From NCBI GenBank assembly GCA_043754515.1, contig JAYUUO010000019.1:1-18657 (forward strand): 18,657 bases of DNA, written 5' to 3'. The notes under the pieces were generated by a model. It saw nothing but the letters and a program-made list of their open reading frames with translations. It was not told the DNA's origin and searched no databases. The position numbers and the translations under genes are program-made. The stretch comes from Armatimonadota bacterium (GTDB lineage Bacteria > Armatimonadota > Armatimonadia > Armatimonadales > Armatimonadaceae). Positions 16,379-18,657 of this stretch are shown here, one piece after another (the first letter of the stretch is position 1; every line of letters starts with the position of its first letter).

Positions 16379-16806
16379 ACGAAACGGACCGCCTCGAACT
16401 CCTGCGCTACCTACATGAGCGCGGCACCATGACATGGGCCGAGCAGTTTGCTACCCGGTGGGGGCTACTCGTCAGCGCGTCCCGGCGCCGCGAATATGCG
16501 CGGATGACGTGGCTACACCGCTCCCTCGCGGTACATTTCGCGCCGGGGTTCTTGTTCCCGCGCCCCGCGCTGCCGTGGGGCAGTCTCGGGGTGTTCGGTT
16601 TGCTGGTAATCGCCCTCATCGTCGGGCTGCTGTTGCACACGGGACAGGCGCGGCGCGAATCGCCCGCGTCGGTTACGCCGTCCGCTGCTCTGACGTGTCC
16701 CTCCCACCCGCGAAGCCCCGGCGAGCGCACGCCGCGCCGCACGCCCTTCGCGAGCGTCGCGCCGCGCGGCGTTCGGGCACCGGGCGACGATTGTCCCTTT
16801 CACTAA
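16375..16806 (+). CDS. Putative membrane-anchored anti-sigma factor
   Basis: ATGA overlap with the sigma stop codon. The N-terminal helical region aligns with the ZAS pattern but lacks its His/Cys ligands. One TM helix (LGVFGLLVIALIVGLLL) is followed by a short tail with CPSH and a terminal CPFH. Confidence 0.72.
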   Translation: MNETDRLELLRYLHERGTMTWAEQFATRWGLLVSASRRREYARMTWLHRSLAVHFAPGFLFPRPALPWGSLGVFGLLVIALIVGLLLHTGQARRESPASVTPSAALTCPSHPRSPGERTPRRTPFASVAPRGVRAPGDDCPFH

Positions 16807-16853
16807 CCGGTACGCGCCGCCGCATCCATGGCGCGAGAATAGGTTTGCTCACT

Positions 16854-17504
16854 ATGTCACGTATTCGCATCATCGCGCCAGTCGTTCTGGCCGCGCTGTC
16901 TCTCTGTGCTTTCTCCGCCGCGGCTCACGCTGTTGTCCTCGACGCCGCCAATGATTTCGTCAGCACCTACACCGGCGCGAAAGGCGGCGACCTGGACGTT
17001 CTATCCACCGACGTTGTCTATGACGGCACGAACATCTCGTTGACCGCGACGATGAATGGGGCCATAGGCACCACGCAGGGTGCCATCTATGTTTGGGGCC
17101 TCGACCGGGGCAAAGGCGCGACCACCGCCAACTTCGCGTCCATCGGTTTGCCGAACGTGATCTTCGATTCGGTCGTTGTACTGCGCCCGGACACAACCGT
17201 TAGCGTGTTCCGGATCGCGGGCGGTGGTTCCGCGACCGGAACGGCGGTCATTTCCGGCAACACGATCAGCGCGAGTATTCCCGCCTCTACGCTACCGACG
17301 CAGGGCTTCGCCGTGAGTGACTACACGTGGAACCTGTGGCCACGTATTTCCGGCGGCTCGGACGCGAACGTCTCGGACTTCGCGCCGAACGCGAACAACG
17401 CCGCGATCACCGTGGTGCCCGAAGTGGGCTCCGCCACGCTACTGATGCCCGCGATTCTTACCGCGCTCGGGGTCGTCGTGGTGCGGCGGCGCAAGTCCGT
17501 TTAG
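16854..17504 (+). CDS. Secreted PEP-CTERM-type (exosortase-target) surface protein
   Basis: Signal peptide MSRIRIIAPVVLAALSLCAFSAAAHA and a Thr/Ser/Gly-rich beta-type body (D..NDF..TYTG...DLD, YVWG.DRG, WNLWPR, SDFAP). The C-terminus is VPE, a hydrophobic helix and RRRK. Confidence 0.88.
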   Translation: MSRIRIIAPVVLAALSLCAFSAAAHAVVLDAANDFVSTYTGAKGGDLDVLSTDVVYDGTNISLTATMNGAIGTTQGAIYVWGLDRGKGATTANFASIGLPNVIFDSVVVLRPDTTVSVFRIAGGGSATGTAVISGNTISASIPASTLPTQGFAVSDYTWNLWPRISGGSDANVSDFAPNANNAAITVVPEVGSATLLMPAILTALGVVVVRRRKSV

Positions 17505-17585
17505 TCTGGGGAGGGTTACAGGGGGTAGCGCGGAGGGAACCGCGCATACGGGGAGCCGCGCGGTCAACCAAACCAGGACGCAATC

Positions 17586-17620
17586 ACCCGCCGCCATTCA
17601 TCAGGCGCGGCGGGTTTTTT
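17586..17620 (+). terminator. Intrinsic terminator after the PEP-CTERM gene
   Basis: ACCCGCCGC (17586-17594) / GCGGCGGGT (17607-17615) stem followed by a T-run, between convergent genes. Confidence 0.75.
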
Positions 17621-17634
17621 GTTACAGTAGCAAA

Positions 17635-18042
17635 CTAATCAGGCGTTGTACCATTCGCCGCGCCCCTTGGCGGAACGCCGTCCTCTTCTATGATCTCGAC
17701 ATCGCCCGCGCGTAGGGCGGCGCGGGCACCCGCCATCCACGGCTTCGCGGGCATTTCGCGGAGCCAGTCCGACAGCGACGGGATGCACCCCAGATCCTCC
17801 AGCACGTGCTGCTCGGCGACATCGCGCGTGTGAACCTCGCGCCGGTCTTTGTTTATGAGCGTGCGCCCGAAGATCTCCTCAATCAGGAAAATCCCGTACG
17901 CCGAGTGGAAGACACAGCGGTGCGTGACTTCGGCGTGCGCGGCTTTGGTGGAATCCATCTTCTCGTGGATCGGCAGGTAATCGTCCGGCACCCCGCCCCA
18001 GCGTTTTGCCGACGAGCGGGCGTGAATCAGTGCTTTTGCCAT
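17635..18042 (-). CDS. DUF6915-like His-rich protein of unknown function
   Basis: HA.SS.K.WGG..DDYL.IH...D..K......HR...H...GIF..E.IFG, R.VAEQHV.EDLG.IPS..DW and PWM match my recollection of DUF6915. Confidence 0.8.
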   Translation of the reverse strand: MAKALIHARSSAKRWGGVPDDYLPIHEKMDSTKAAHAEVTHRCVFHSAYGIFLIEEIFGRTLINKDRREVHTRDVAEQHVLEDLGCIPSLSDWLREMPAKPWMAGARAALRAGDVEIIEEDGVPPRGAANGTTPD

Positions 18043-18048
18043 GGGTTT

Positions 18049-18054
18049 ATTCTA
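18049..18054 (-). promoter_or_regulatory. -10 box for a leaderless transcript
   Basis: Minus strand reads cggTAGAAT-aaaccc-ATG(18042), with no Shine-Dalgarno sequence. Confidence 0.6.
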
Positions 18055-18449
18055 CCGCCGTTGAGATTGTGGTCGGCGTCTACCGGGGCCAACCGACCAG
18101 GGCGATTGCGCTACAGTCCAGTTGCTTCTGCGGCTCGTGCTACGCAAGCCCGGGGCGCGAACGTTTCGGCAGGCTGAATTAGGAGTAAATGTACCCCGCA
18201 CCGCCGTGGATCCCGAACGCACAGAACGGGTACGCGCCGCGCCAATATACCTGGAAGTAGCAATACGGCTACAATGCGATCACCCCGGGTCACCGACCGG
18301 CTTTTAGTAGACTACGCAAATCCTGCGATACAGTCACGTAATGGATTTGAAAGCGGAAGAGAGCATGGCAGAGCCGGTACAACGGCTTACGACTACACCA
18401 GGAATGCGATTATATACCGTGAGCGGAGAGAGTATAAAAAAGGAGCTTT

Positions 18450-18657
18450 GTGGCAACACGTTTGTCTGACGCGGCCTCCAAAGGCCAACTTCCCAGGGTG
18501 GCGTCCGAGGTGAGCGCGGGTGCCGTTCTGGATGACACTGATCCGCAAGGGAGAACCGCGTTGATGCTCGCCGCGCGGGCGGGGCACGAGAATGTCGTCC
18601 GCCTCCTGCTCGAAGCGGGCGCGGCGGTGAATCTTCAGGCGACCTACTACGGGTGGA
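18450..18657 (+). CDS. Ankyrin-repeat protein, 5' part (runs off the window)
   Basis: AAGGAG-cttt-GTG start. Reads MATRLSDAASKGQLPRVASEVSAGAVLDDTDPQGRTALMLAARAGHENVVRLLLEAGAAVNLQATYYGW, with the canonical G.TAL..AA..GH..VV.LLL..GA.VN repeat. Not in the supplied ORF track. Confidence 0.88.
   Translation, partial: MATRLSDAASKGQLPRVASEVSAGAVLDDTDPQGRTALMLAARAGHENVVRLLLEAGAAVNLQATYYGW

Noticed and set aside
16434..16853. 140-codon N-terminal extension of the PEP-CTERM ORF in the track
   Set aside because: It overlaps the anti-sigma gene in another frame, and a clean signal peptide starts at ATG 16854.
18274..18513. 79-aa ORF
   Set aside because: It overlaps the ankyrin start by 64 nt in another frame and has no recognisable domain.

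Overview
GC-rich bacterial DNA, probably Armatimonadota. This is inferred from the '[27 protein letters not shown]' prepilin-like gene, a VPE-type PEP-CTERM protein and a GntR/LacI hybrid regulator. Left block (1-9480): the start of a probable ISKra4-like transposase on the minus strand, then a sugar operon. The operon encodes a D-lyxose/D-mannose cupin isomerase, a clan GH-A (GH5-like) glycosidase, a divergent class II aldolase, an FGGY kinase and a GH2 beta-mannosidase. It is followed by a terminator, an AraR-like regulator and a prepilin-like gene cut off just after its N-terminal helix. Middle (9480-13830): a probably leaderless, very acidic protein and a GH38 alpha-mannosidase, then an intergenic tract holding a decayed comM/yifB 3'-end fragment, REP-like hairpins and a nested stem structure. 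Right block (13830-18657): an orphan SUFU-type immunity gene, a two-TM hypothetical protein, an ECF sigma factor with a zinc-less anti-sigma carrying two CPxH motifs, a PEP-CTERM surface protein, a DUF6915-like His-rich protein and the start of an ankyrin-repeat gene. No rRNA, tRNA or CRISPR array was seen. All family calls come from recalled motifs, not database searches.
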